Assembly (NCBI GenBank): GCA_963925735.1
Contig: CAWUUH010000010.1
Location: forward strand, 12,856-76,855
DNA: 64,000 nt
DNA from: an uncultured Pseudomonadales bacterium
Lineage (GTDB): Bacteria > Pseudomonadota > Gammaproteobacteria > Pseudomonadales > Azotimanducaceae
Direction of reading: 5' to 3'
In this document: in pieces, positions 9,801 to 19,693 of the stretch
Layout of the letters: each line of letters starts with the position of its first letter
Numbering within the stretch: the stretch's first letter is position 1
Notes under the pieces: model-generated
The model's database searches: none
What the model saw: only the letters and a program-made list of their open reading frames with translations
What the model was told of the DNA's origin: nothing
Position numbers and translations under genes: made by a program

Positions 9801-10664
9801 CTAAGAATCAAAGTCAGACTCAGCCTCTTGCAGACGCTCCAACCGCTCCATCTCTTCCATTCTGACCGCGTCTATCTCGGCCATCACGGCATCAACATCT
9901 GCCAACTCGGTACTTTCCTCGAACACACCGGTTAGCGGGGTATCTGGCTCAAGCGCACCCTCTTCGTAAAGCGCCCACAACTCTTGAGCATAGCGGGTAT
10001 CGAGCAGTTCCGGCGCAAACAGCCCGTAATAACCCGTGATATTACCCACATCCCGAGCCAACATCGCCTCGGCGTGGTTATTTCCCGCAGCATCAACTAC
10101 CTGCGGCAGGTCTATAATCACGGGGCCATCGGGGTCGACCAGGACATTAAATTCGGAAAGGTCGCCATGAATCACACCCGCACAGAGCATAAGCTGAACG
10201 TAATGCATCATCACTGCATGATCTCGAAGGGCCTCTTCTCGAGTGAAGGTCACCTCACTTAATCGCGGCGCAACGCTGCCTTCGGCATCAAAGATCATCT
10301 CCATCAACAGCACACCATCAACGCAACTGTAAGGCACAGGCACTCGCACGCCGACACTCGCCAATAGCTTTAATGCATCCACTTCAGCAGTCTGCCAGGT
10401 TTCTTCCTGCTGCTGCCGACCAAACTTCGAGCCCTTCTCCATCGCGCGAGCCCGTCGCGTATTCCGCACTTTACGGCCTTCCTGATAAGTAACCGCTTGC
10501 TTAAAGCCACGTTTATTGGCTTCCTTATACACTTTTGCACAGCGCACCTCGGCGCCGCAGCGAACGATAAAGACATCCGCTTCCTTACCACTCATCAATC
10601 GACCCTGAACCTCATCGATCAAGCCGTCTTCCAGCAATGGCTGGAGTCGTTTCGGAATTTTCAT
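9801..10664 (-). CDS. RIO1-family atypical serine protein kinase
   Basis: SGKEADVF nucleotide loop, AKVYK lysine, IHGDLSEFNVL catalytic loop and IDLPQ metal loop. Apparently monocistronic. Confidence 0.85.
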   Translation of the reverse strand: MKIPKRLQPLLEDGLIDEVQGRLMSGKEADVFIVRCGAEVRCAKVYKEANKRGFKQAVTYQEGRKVRNTRRARAMEKGSKFGRQQQEETWQTAEVDALKLLASVGVRVPVPYSCVDGVLLMEMIFDAEGSVAPRLSEVTFTREEALRDHAVMMHYVQLMLCAGVIHGDLSEFNVLVDPDGPVIIDLPQVVDAAGNNHAEAMLARDVGNITGYYGLFAPELLDTRYAQELWALYEEGALEPDTPLTGVFEESTELADVDAVMAEIDAVRMEEMERLERLQEAESDFDS

Positions 10665-10950
10665 GCAACCTCTTAACTATAGTTTTATAACCGAAATCAC
10701 CGTTCACATTGACAACAGGCGCGCGCCCACAGCGCGGAGCGCGACAATGTTATGGGGATTATCACACAATGACGGCCATCATGCGTTACTCATGATGAAT
10801 TTGACTATTAGTCAATGAAACAGCGAATTAATTTCATTTTATGTTAAGACGCGGACAAGCCCCCGGCAGATGCACCATTGCGGAGCCGGTAATTACCGGC
10901 TCGCGGGGCTTTCAGCCCATCAAACAAGGCTAATCCGCGCCTGAATGCGG

Positions 10951-12087
10951 CTAAAAATCAAGCAGCTGCGCGTAACGGTTCCGATGAAATGCCTGATTGC
11001 CATAGGCGCTCTCTACCGCCCGTGCGCGCTTGAGGTAGAACCCCGCATCAAAATCATCGGTCATACCAATACCTCCATGAATCTGGATTAACTCGTTGGA
11101 CATATGATGCAGGAACGCGCCAGCCTTACATTTCGACAGAGAACACAATTGTGCCTGGCTCTGTGCCTCCCCATCAATACCCTGCAGTGCGGCCTCAACG
11201 CAGGAACGAGTTAACTCCATCTCTGAAAACAGGATGGCTGCCCGATGACCCAATGCCTGAAACGCGCCGATCACCTGACCGAACTGAACCCGGGTCTTCA
11301 GGTAATCCAGGTTCATTGCAAACGCCTGCGACGCCGTTCCCAGCATCTCCGCCGCCAGCCCTGCTCGACCCCGATCCAATATCTCTGTCAGCAAGTCAGC
11401 ACCCTGATCTCGCTCGCCGAGGATCGCGTCCTCGCCAACGAGAACATCCTCGAAATCAATATTGGCATAGCCACGACTATCCGCGGTTTTGAGTACCTGC
11501 CGAGTGATACCGGCAGTGGCCGCAGGCAGTAAAAACAAGGTGATACCTTTTGCATCGCCTGCAGAACCGCTGGTGCGAGTCGCAACGATTAGAGCCGTTG
11601 CAGCACCGCCCTCGAGCACCATCGTCTTGCGGCCAGTTAAGCTGAAGCCCTCAGCGGTTTTTGTTGCACCTAGCATCATCGCATTGGGAGCATGTCTGGG
11701 ACCTTCATCTACTGCCAGGGTCAAAATTTCAGAGCCGTCGACGATTTTAGGTAACCAAGCCTGTTTTTGAGCTTCAGTACCACCCAGCAATAGCGCCGAT
11801 GCGCCCACCAGCGCCGAAGCCAGCAATGGCGAGGCAGTCAGTTGCTTGCCAGTCTCTTCCAGCACAATGCCAAATGTCAGGTAGCCGAGATCCGAACCAC
11901 CATATTGCTCAGGCACTATTATTCCGGTCCAGCCCATGTCGACCATGGCCTGCCATGTTTCCGCCTGAAAACCTTGCTCGATACCGCTGTCGCGCATCGC
12001 TCGAAACTTGGCGACCGGTGCCTGCTCAGTGACCCAGGACTGCGCCTGGTCTTTGATCATAGTTTGTTCTTCTGTTAATGCTGCCAT
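10951..12087 (-). CDS. Acyl-CoA dehydrogenase family protein (putative non-FAD-binding partner subunit)
   Basis: ACAD fold with the C-terminal IHGGIGMT motif. It lacks the (S/T)EP.AGSD motif but keeps a Glu at the position I align to the canonical catalytic base (AVESAYG). Confidence 0.8.
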   Translation of the reverse strand: MAALTEEQTMIKDQAQSWVTEQAPVAKFRAMRDSGIEQGFQAETWQAMVDMGWTGIIVPEQYGGSDLGYLTFGIVLEETGKQLTASPLLASALVGASALLLGGTEAQKQAWLPKIVDGSEILTLAVDEGPRHAPNAMMLGATKTAEGFSLTGRKTMVLEGGAATALIVATRTSGSAGDAKGITLFLLPAATAGITRQVLKTADSRGYANIDFEDVLVGEDAILGERDQGADLLTEILDRGRAGLAAEMLGTASQAFAMNLDYLKTRVQFGQVIGAFQALGHRAAILFSEMELTRSCVEAALQGIDGEAQSQAQLCSLSKCKAGAFLHHMSNELIQIHGGIGMTDDFDAGFYLKRARAVESAYGNQAFHRNRYAQLLDF

Positions 12088-12114
12088 CCTGATGACTTCC
12101 TTAATTTGTAGGGA

Positions 12115-13335
12115 TCAGCCCTTTTGGGTATTTTCCGGGAGACCTAAAATATTTTTCGAGATGATATTGTTTTGCACCTCAAATGAACCCCCATAGATCG
12201 ACATGGCCTTGCCGGACAGCCAGTTGCGGACAGTGGTAAGCTCCGCATCATTGAAACCATCGCCTTCCCAGCCGAGTCCGCTATGCCCCATTAACTCAAG
12301 GGTCAATTCAGATTGAGTTTGGGCAACATGCGTGGCTGAGTTTTTCAGTATTGACGCCGACGCACTGACCTCGACATTTCCTCGGGCCTCTGCAGTAATA
12401 CGACTGATGGTTAAACCATGCGCCTGAGCATCCATTAAGTGGTTTGCCAATCGCAAACGCAGATCCGCATCATCCAGACGCCCCTCGGCATCTGTACCCA
12501 CATAGCGCTTCGCCATGTCCTGCAACGCCTCTGACTTGCCACCACCGGTATTCCGTGCCCCGGTTTGGCTCGCGCGTTCGTGTTGAAGCAAGCGTTTACC
12601 AACACTCCAGCCGTCATTCAGATTGCCCAGCATATCGGTCTTGTCGGCTCGAGCATCAGTGAAGAAGGTCTCACAAAAAGGTGATGCACCGGCGATCAGC
12701 TTGATCGGTCGTGTTTCGATACCAGGCTGATCCATTTTCAACATCAGAAAACTAATCCCGTTACGCTTCTTCGCCTTACTATCGGTACGCACAAGCGCCC
12801 CACACCATTGAGAAATATCGGCCCCCGAGGTCCAGACCTTTTGACCATTGACCACCCAGCAATCGCCCTGATCTTCAGCTTTGGTCGCCAGCGAGGCTAA
12901 GTCAGAGCCTGCATTCGGCTCCGAATAACCCAAGCACCAGCGTATTTCACCACGACACATGGGTGGCAGGTGGCGTTTCTTCTGGTCCTCGGTGCCGTAT
13001 TCAAGAATCGTCGGACCCACCATCGTCACGCCCATGCCCGCTAACACGATAATCGGGTTGAAAGCACCGAGCCGACTCATTTCTTCGTGTAATACTTTGG
13101 TCTGAATATGGTCAAGACCGCCGCCGCCATACTGGCTGGGCCAAGTGGGTGTACCCCAGCCTTTCGCTCCCAACCGCTGTTGCCAGAGCGAAGCATCGGC
13201 CTGCAGTGGCCCGGTATATTCTCCATAACCTAACAGCTCAACGCCTTTACCGCTTAGCCCTGGCGGGAAATTTTCCTCTAACCAGCCTCGTACTGAGAGG
13301 CGAAATGCCTCCTGCTCGTCATTAAGTTCAACCAT
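12115..13335 (-). CDS. Acyl-CoA dehydrogenase family protein (FAD-motif-bearing subunit)
   Basis: Has YSEPNAGSD and NGQKVWTSG motifs. The C-terminal IYGGSFEVQ carries Gly where the MCAD-type catalytic Glu sits. It lies 27 nt upstream of the second ACAD. Confidence 0.85.
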   Translation of the reverse strand: MVELNDEQEAFRLSVRGWLEENFPPGLSGKGVELLGYGEYTGPLQADASLWQQRLGAKGWGTPTWPSQYGGGGLDHIQTKVLHEEMSRLGAFNPIIVLAGMGVTMVGPTILEYGTEDQKKRHLPPMCRGEIRWCLGYSEPNAGSDLASLATKAEDQGDCWVVNGQKVWTSGADISQWCGALVRTDSKAKKRNGISFLMLKMDQPGIETRPIKLIAGASPFCETFFTDARADKTDMLGNLNDGWSVGKRLLQHERASQTGARNTGGGKSEALQDMAKRYVGTDAEGRLDDADLRLRLANHLMDAQAHGLTISRITAEARGNVEVSASASILKNSATHVAQTQSELTLELMGHSGLGWEGDGFNDAELTTVRNWLSGKAMSIYGGSFEVQNNIISKNILGLPENTQKG

Positions 13336-13747
13336 GTCTACACGCTCCAGTTTCTGTTATTTATATGTCGCACCAGCGGATTCATTCTTATACGTCTAAC
13401 AATATATTAAAGGATTAATTGGCGAAATCTATTTGCCGGAAAAGTCGCGTCATTCATCAATGACGTCCTCCGCTAGCCAGAAACGCACTGTACCCTAGAC
13501 GCGGCCAAAACATCAAATTTGGCCACATCACTAGGTCGTCACGGTACTATTTAGCCTGCCTGCTTCAAAACCATGCCCACCAGCAAAATGAGTTCAGCGT
13601 TGGCAGACGCTATCTTTATTTAGCAACAGGCGGCTTGAGTCAGACCGGATTCTGGGTAAGTATGATCACGACAAAGTAAAACACCGCAACTACCGGACAT
13701 CCCGTGCCGTATTGCAGTCACTCACCTTCGCAATAAAAGAGAGAACC

Positions 13748-14509
13748 ATGGAAATTAAAGATCACAACGCAATTATCGTCGGTGGCGCATCAGGCATGGC
13801 CCTTGCGACAGCTGAATTATGGGTGGAGAAAGGCGGAAAACTTGCCATACTGGATTTACCCACCTCCGATGGTGCGGCGGTCGCTGAGCGTTTGGGCGCC
13901 ACTTTCCATCCGTGCAACGTCATGGACTTTGAAGGCACAGAGGCGGCTATTAATGCCGCTGTAGAGCAACTCGGCGGGGTTCATTTTGTGTGTAACACCG
14001 CCGGCGGTGGCCTCGCTAAACGCACAGTTTCCAGGGATGGCGCTCACCCGTTAGCAGACTTTCAACGAGTCATTAACCTGAATTTGATTTCCGCATTCAA
14101 TATTTCCCGGCTGACAGCAGAAAAAATGGGCACCAATGAGCCCAACGAGGATGGTGAGCGGGGCGTGATCATCAATACGGCATCCATTGCTGCATTCGAG
14201 GGCCAAATTGGCCAGGTGGCTTACTCCGCGGCTAAAGGTGGCATCGCGGCAATGACACTGACCATGGCCCGAGATCTTGGCAGCATGGGCGTACGGGTAA
14301 TGACGATTGCCCCTAGCCTGTTTAGTACCGGCATCACCAAAGGCATTCCTGAGGCAGCCTCACAGAACCTGGTTAAAGACGCCGCCTTTCCGAAGCGAAT
14401 GGGCCGTCCGGTAGAGTATGCCAAGATGGCTGTCGCCATCTATGAAAACTGTATGATGAACGGCAGCACCATTCGAGTCGACGCTGGCGTGCGTTTCGCC
14501 CCCAAGTAA
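13748..14509 (+). CDS. SDR-family 3-hydroxyacyl-CoA dehydrogenase (HSD17B10-type)
   Basis: GGASGMA glycine motif and the YSAAK active site. AAGAGAG precedes ATG 13748; the track start at 13712 lies further upstream. Confidence 0.8.
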   Translation: MEIKDHNAIIVGGASGMALATAELWVEKGGKLAILDLPTSDGAAVAERLGATFHPCNVMDFEGTEAAINAAVEQLGGVHFVCNTAGGGLAKRTVSRDGAHPLADFQRVINLNLISAFNISRLTAEKMGTNEPNEDGERGVIINTASIAAFEGQIGQVAYSAAKGGIAAMTLTMARDLGSMGVRVMTIAPSLFSTGITKGIPEAASQNLVKDAAFPKRMGRPVEYAKMAVAIYENCMMNGSTIRVDAGVRFAPK

Positions 14510-14570
14510 GTCGAGTGACTCGCGGGCTCAGCCTATCAGGTGGGCCCGCATCAACTCGAACAACAAACGG

Positions 14571-15626
14571 TTACGCCTGGCGCCACCAGGCAACGCCATC
14601 AGCGTCCACTTCGACTTTCAGCATTCTGCGCTCGAGCGCGCAATGCAGATGCGCGATGGCCTCACCGGTTGCGGGAAAGTAAGTCCAATCTGTGATCTTG
14701 CTGCGAAACAATGCAGGAAACACATCAACGGCGCGTTTCGGCTCTGCACATAAATCATAGAGCTTTAAAAGTGCGACTTCGTGCCAGTCGATTAACGCGG
14801 TTAGTCGCTCATGAACACCGGTATAGATACTTTCATGGGCAGGCAAAACCATTAAATCTGGCGGCAAGTACTCCCTGAACCGAATACAGGAGTTAATCCA
14901 GTCTTTCAACGGATTAGCCTGCGGCTCCGAGGGCTGGACCCCAACATTAGGCGTGATCTTCGGTAGCAGTTGGTCACCACCGATAATGATCTTGAGCTCT
15001 GGACAATATAAACAGACATGCTCCGGCGCATGGCCATGGCCGATCAATGCTCGCCACTCACGACCGCCTATATCAATATACTGGCCATCTTTGATACGTC
15101 GATAACCTGCCGGTAGCGGCGTAATATTGGCACCGAACTGGCCGAATCGACTGCGATATCGATCTAGGCGAGCCTCATCAAAGCCCGCCTGCCGATAAAA
15201 TTTGATGGCGTCATCCGGCACGTCGGAAGGTCCATCGGCCGCCATCACCTTACACATATAGAAATCACTGCGACTCATCCATAGCTCACAACCCCATTGA
15301 CGACAGAGCCACCCGGCATTACCCGTATGATCTGCGTGCAAGTGCGTCGCGATCACTCGGATAACAGGCAGCCCGCCAAGATGTTGCTTAAAAATGGCCT
15401 GCCAGTCCTGCTGAACATCTGGTGAATTCAGACCCGTATCAACAATCGTCCAGCCATCATGATCTTTCAGCAACCAGACGTTGATGTGATTCAGGCGCCC
15501 ACCCATAGGTAAGCGCGCCCAATAACAACCCTCGGCGACCTTTGTCACTTCGCCACTACCCGGCGCCTGGTCTTCAAAATAATAGGTCAAGGGGTCAAAA
15601 CCCCGACGAGACATGTTATCCACCAC
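14571..15626 (-). CDS. MBL-fold metallo-hydrolase
   Basis: Has the HLHADHTG motif and a later HGH. An alternative ATG start is at 15614. Confidence 0.75.
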   Translation of the reverse strand: MVDNMSRRGFDPLTYYFEDQAPGSGEVTKVAEGCYWARLPMGGRLNHINVWLLKDHDGWTIVDTGLNSPDVQQDWQAIFKQHLGGLPVIRVIATHLHADHTGNAGWLCRQWGCELWMSRSDFYMCKVMAADGPSDVPDDAIKFYRQAGFDEARLDRYRSRFGQFGANITPLPAGYRRIKDGQYIDIGGREWRALIGHGHAPEHVCLYCPELKIIIGGDQLLPKITPNVGVQPSEPQANPLKDWINSCIRFREYLPPDLMVLPAHESIYTGVHERLTALIDWHEVALLKLYDLCAEPKRAVDVFPALFRSKITDWTYFPATGEAIAHLHCALERRMLKVEVDADGVAWWRQA

Positions 15627-15789
15627 GACGGCCTTCCTTACTTTGATAAAGATATTAATAAAGCGACAGAATTTGCACTAAGCCGCGATGATTCACAACT
15701 GAATTAGATCAGCGGCTAATTTCACTACCTGCATGGCTCGCACCATCGATGACACCGCCAAAATGGGTCCGCAAAAAACCGCGAAATCG

Positions 15790-16530
15790 TTATTCGACGG
15801 GGGCTTGAGGACGACTGCTCGCCAGAAACCGAAGTATCCAGGCAGCGATCAGTGGCTGGTCTGTTAGCACATTTAGCGAGGCGATCCCCGCGCTGAATTT
15901 TTCAGCACCGAGCATTTCCTGGCGCAACTCCATCAGGCCCTGTGAGTATTCCTTGATGAATTCCGGGTGCCCCTGCAGAGCCAGCATATGCTCGCCGACC
16001 GTGAACATAGCATTCGGGCAATTATCGCTGCTCGCCAGCAGGGTGGCGCCTGGCGGCAGCTTGCTCACCTGATCTTTGTGGGAGTACAGTAGTGCAAATT
16101 GATTCGCGACGGGTCTCATGAACTTGGCCTTGGTCAGCACTTCCGCGTCATGTACGCCAACCCGCCAGCCCACGTCGGCAGGTTCGGTCTTGCCCCCTAA
16201 GGCTTCTGCCATCATCTGGTGACCGAAGCAAATACCCACTGTCGGTGTTTTGGTTTTATCCAGCTCAACCACAAACTCGCGCAATCGATGAATCCAGGGC
16301 TCATCGTCATAAACACTTTTTTTGCTGCCAGTGATGATATAGCCATCGCAATCGCCGATGCCTTCGGGATATTGGCCGTGTTCAACATCGAAGGCAATAA
16401 ACTCAAGTGTATCGTCGCCTTCGAGCTGCGTGGCTGCGCTTAGAACTCGAGATACCATTTCCGGATACTCGCCGAAATCAATTTGAAACTGCTCGAGGAC
16501 AGAATCTGCTTTTAGAATGCCGATTTTCAA
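15790..16530 (-). CDS. Class I glutamine amidotransferase-like protein (GuaA-type GATase domain)
   Basis: GICFGHQ nucleophile elbow and a downstream HPE. It starts 26 nt downstream of the GS-like gene. Confidence 0.75.
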   Translation of the reverse strand: MKIGILKADSVLEQFQIDFGEYPEMVSRVLSAATQLEGDDTLEFIAFDVEHGQYPEGIGDCDGYIITGSKKSVYDDEPWIHRLREFVVELDKTKTPTVGICFGHQMMAEALGGKTEPADVGWRVGVHDAEVLTKAKFMRPVANQFALLYSHKDQVSKLPPGATLLASSDNCPNAMFTVGEHMLALQGHPEFIKEYSQGLMELRQEMLGAEKFSAGIASLNVLTDQPLIAAWILRFLASSRPQAPVE

Positions 16531-16556
16531 TACTTGCTCCGCCAGCTATGCCGCGC

Positions 16557-17930
16557 CTAAATAATTTCGAAATAGCGTTGTAGTTGCCAGTCAGTCACCT
16601 GCTTTTCGTACTGCCGGACTTCCCAGTCTCGACTAGCAACAAAGTGCTCAACAAAGGGCTCGCCAAATAGATTTTTTGCCGCTTCCGACTTTGCCAAGGC
16701 TCGATTTGCATCTCGCAAATTCGTTGGAAATTGCCAATCCGGCGGCAGCTGATCTTGGATGGCATAGGCATCACCCACGACAGGGGCCGTCAATTCAAGC
16801 CTTTCCTCAATGCCGAGCAATCCAGCCCCCAGAGTCGCTGCAGCCACGAGATAAGGGTTCGCATCAGCCGAGCCAACCCTAAATTCAACTCGCTGACTTT
16901 TTGCGGAACCAGGAATCACTCGCAATGCAGTGGTGCGATTTTCGACACCCCATGTCGCTGCCGTTGGTGCCCAAGCCCCTTTTACCAGCCGTGTGTAGCT
17001 GTTAATCGTCGGCGAAGTGATCGCCAACAATTGGCGCAAATATTTTTGCTGACCCGCAACATAAAATTGTTGTATTTCGCTCATAGAGTGTGGCGCATTT
17101 GCATCAAAAAACGCGCTCTCGCCATTATCTAAATGTTGTAGCGATTGATGACAGTGACCACTCTGGCCTGGGTAATCCAGGGACCATTTGGCCATAAACG
17201 TCGCAACTAGCCCTTTCCGTTGAAAGAAAGATTTCACAAACGTTTTGAACATTATCGCCTTATCCACAGCCGCCAACGCATCATCGACAGCGATAGCCCC
17301 CTCCCAGACACCGGGACCTGTTTCACAGTGCAGGCACTCCAAAGCAAAGTCATGAGCGCTGCAATAGTCCATTAACTCATTAAACAGATCAGCGTGAGTA
17401 TTCGTCCTAAGCACTGAATAACCGAAATTTCCAGGCGACAGAGGCACCAGGTTGCGATAATTTTTTTCGCGTATTGAATGGGGGGTTTCATCGAATACGA
17501 AAAACTCATATTCGAATGCCAATTTCGCACTGAAGCCCGCCAACTGCGCTCGACTCAAGACCGCCTTGAGCCGACTGCGGGGGCAAATAGAATGTAACTC
17601 TTGCTGATCCCGAGTGACAAAATCGCCTAGGAAAAACGGTATATTACCTTCATCCAAAAGCCTTCGCTCAGTCGTTAGATCCAACCGAACCAATGCGTCG
17701 GGATAGGCCGTATGCCAACCGGTGAAGGCCGCATTATCATAAAGCTGGTCGTCGACATCCCAACCGAGTACGCAGTCACAAAAACCCGAGGTGCCGTCAG
17801 CGATGGCGGCGAACTTCTCCAGACTGATATATTTACCGCGCAACACTCCATCTATGTCACAGACAGCAAACTTTACTCTTTTAATGCCCTCACTCTGGTA
17901 CTGGGCAATAAGATCAGACGCGTCTTTCAT
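16557..17930 (-). CDS. Glutamine synthetase family protein (gamma-glutamyl-amine synthetase, PuuA/GmaS-like)
   Basis: GS beta-grasp plus catalytic domain (FEYEFF, HCETGPGVWE, NSYTRL, ENR). It overlaps the symporter stop by 4 nt. Confidence 0.8.
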   Translation of the reverse strand: MKDASDLIAQYQSEGIKRVKFAVCDIDGVLRGKYISLEKFAAIADGTSGFCDCVLGWDVDDQLYDNAAFTGWHTAYPDALVRLDLTTERRLLDEGNIPFFLGDFVTRDQQELHSICPRSRLKAVLSRAQLAGFSAKLAFEYEFFVFDETPHSIREKNYRNLVPLSPGNFGYSVLRTNTHADLFNELMDYCSAHDFALECLHCETGPGVWEGAIAVDDALAAVDKAIMFKTFVKSFFQRKGLVATFMAKWSLDYPGQSGHCHQSLQHLDNGESAFFDANAPHSMSEIQQFYVAGQQKYLRQLLAITSPTINSYTRLVKGAWAPTAATWGVENRTTALRVIPGSAKSQRVEFRVGSADANPYLVAAATLGAGLLGIEERLELTAPVVGDAYAIQDQLPPDWQFPTNLRDANRALAKSEAAKNLFGEPFVEHFVASRDWEVRQYEKQVTDWQLQRYFEII

Positions 17931-19690
17931 GGACTACTATGCCTCGCTTGTGGGATCCGAATATGCTGCACCAGATCCTGGACTTCCTGGGGTGGTGGTG
18001 GCGTTATACGCATGACGACAAACGACACCATGAAATTCAGGATCATGCCCAGGCTGCCAATACCTTCTGGCGATATACCAAACCACCAGTGAGCCGTACT
18101 ATTGGTTTCCGGACTGATGAACTTGAAATAAACGATATAACTGAAGGTGAAGATCAAACCAGTGAGCATACCGCTAATCGCGGCCTCCTTATTCATCCGA
18201 GTCGAGAAAATACCCAGAAGAATAACTGGGAAAAAGCTAGCCGCCGCTAAACCAAAGGCGAAGGCAACCACCTCTGCGACGAAACCCGGCGGATAGATGC
18301 CAAACAGCCCAGCGATAGCGATCGCCACAGCAGCAGCCAGACGCGCGTAACGCAGTTCTTGGCGCTCCGTAATATTCGGCCGAAAGGTCTTTTTCAACAG
18401 GTCATGGGCAATCGCCGTAGAGATCACCAATAACAAACCCGCCGCCGTCGATAAAGCTGCAGCCAGACCACCAGCTGCCACGAGGGCCACGACCCAGTTC
18501 GGCAGCTGAGCGATTTCCGGATGAGCAAGGACAATAATGTCCCGGTCAATATAGAGCTCGTTGTCATTCGAGGTGACCTTATTAGTGAGTAATCGCTCAC
18601 CGCTCGCTCCGCGACCGAGGTCATACACTGGCTTCTGCTCCATGGCAGCACCCCCGCGGTATTGAATCTCACCATCATTATTTTTATCAATCCAGGCGAT
18701 CAGTCCGCTATTTTCCCATTTACCAAACCATTCCGGCGCATCGCTATAGTGCAATCCATCCATAGCATTAATGATGTTAACCCGAGCAAACGCCGCCACC
18801 GCAGGCGCGGTGGTGTACAACAAGGCAATCAACACAAGCGCATAGCCAGCCGAAATTCTGGCATCTCTGACCCGTGGAACGGTAAAGAATCGTACGATAA
18901 CATGAGGCAAGCCCGCGGTCCCCGCCATCAGAGCTGCGGTAATAAAGAACATATCGATGGTCGACTTATTGCCTGCGGTAAACGCCGTCATCCCCAGCTC
19001 TGTCGTCAAGCCATCGAGCTTATCCAGCAGGTACACCGGCTCTGCAGCAAGGGTGCTACCGAGGCCCAACATAGGCACGGGATTATTGGTCAAAGTCAGA
19101 GAGATAAAGATTGCAGGCACCAGGTAGGCAAATATCAGCACACAATATTGGGCAACCTGGGTATAGGTAATGCCCTTCATGCCCCCCAGCACCGCATAGA
19201 AACACACGATACCCATACCAATAACCACGCCGGTATTAATATCGACTTCCAGGAAGCGTGAAAATACCACACCCACGCCCCGCATCTGACCGGCCACATA
19301 GGTGAATGAAATAAAGATCACGCACACCACCGCGACCAAACGCGCAGCCTGAGAATAATAGCGATCACCGACAAAGTCGGGCACCGTGAATTTGTTGAAC
19401 TTACGCAGGTAAGGCGCCAGCAACAACGCCAGTAGAACGTAGCCACCGGTCCAGCCCATCAGATAACGGGCGCCGTCTGCACCCTCGAAAGCAATGATCC
19501 CGGCCATAGACAGGTAGGAAGCGGCAGACATCCAATCCGCAGCTGTGGCGGCACCATTTGCTAATGGATGTACATGGCCACCAGCAACATAAAATTCGCT
19601 GGTTGATGACGAACGACTCCAGATCGCGATACCGATATATAAGGCGAAGGATAGGCCGACGAACAGGTAGGTTAACACTTGGGCACTCAT
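17927..19690 (-). CDS. Sodium:solute symporter, large subunit (VC_2705/ActP-like SSS family)
   Basis: 587-aa polytopic protein with SSS-family features. It is preceded by its DUF4212 small subunit. Confidence 0.85.
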   Translation of the reverse strand: MSAQVLTYLFVGLSFALYIGIAIWSRSSSTSEFYVAGGHVHPLANGAATAADWMSAASYLSMAGIIAFEGADGARYLMGWTGGYVLLALLLAPYLRKFNKFTVPDFVGDRYYSQAARLVAVVCVIFISFTYVAGQMRGVGVVFSRFLEVDINTGVVIGMGIVCFYAVLGGMKGITYTQVAQYCVLIFAYLVPAIFISLTLTNNPVPMLGLGSTLAAEPVYLLDKLDGLTTELGMTAFTAGNKSTIDMFFITAALMAGTAGLPHVIVRFFTVPRVRDARISAGYALVLIALLYTTAPAVAAFARVNIINAMDGLHYSDAPEWFGKWENSGLIAWIDKNNDGEIQYRGGAAMEQKPVYDLGRGASGERLLTNKVTSNDNELYIDRDIIVLAHPEIAQLPNWVVALVAAGGLAAALSTAAGLLLVISTAIAHDLLKKTFRPNITERQELRYARLAAAVAIAIAGLFGIYPPGFVAEVVAFAFGLAAASFFPVILLGIFSTRMNKEAAISGMLTGLIFTFSYIVYFKFISPETNSTAHWWFGISPEGIGSLGMILNFMVSFVVMRITPPPPQEVQDLVQHIRIPQARHSSP

Positions 19691-19693
19691 CGC

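Noticed and set aside
14522-14549. Hairpin (GCGGGCTCA...TGGGCCCGC) between the convergent SDR and MBL genes
   Set aside because: The 9-bp stem is real, but no U-tract follows on either strand. I do not call it an intrinsic terminator.
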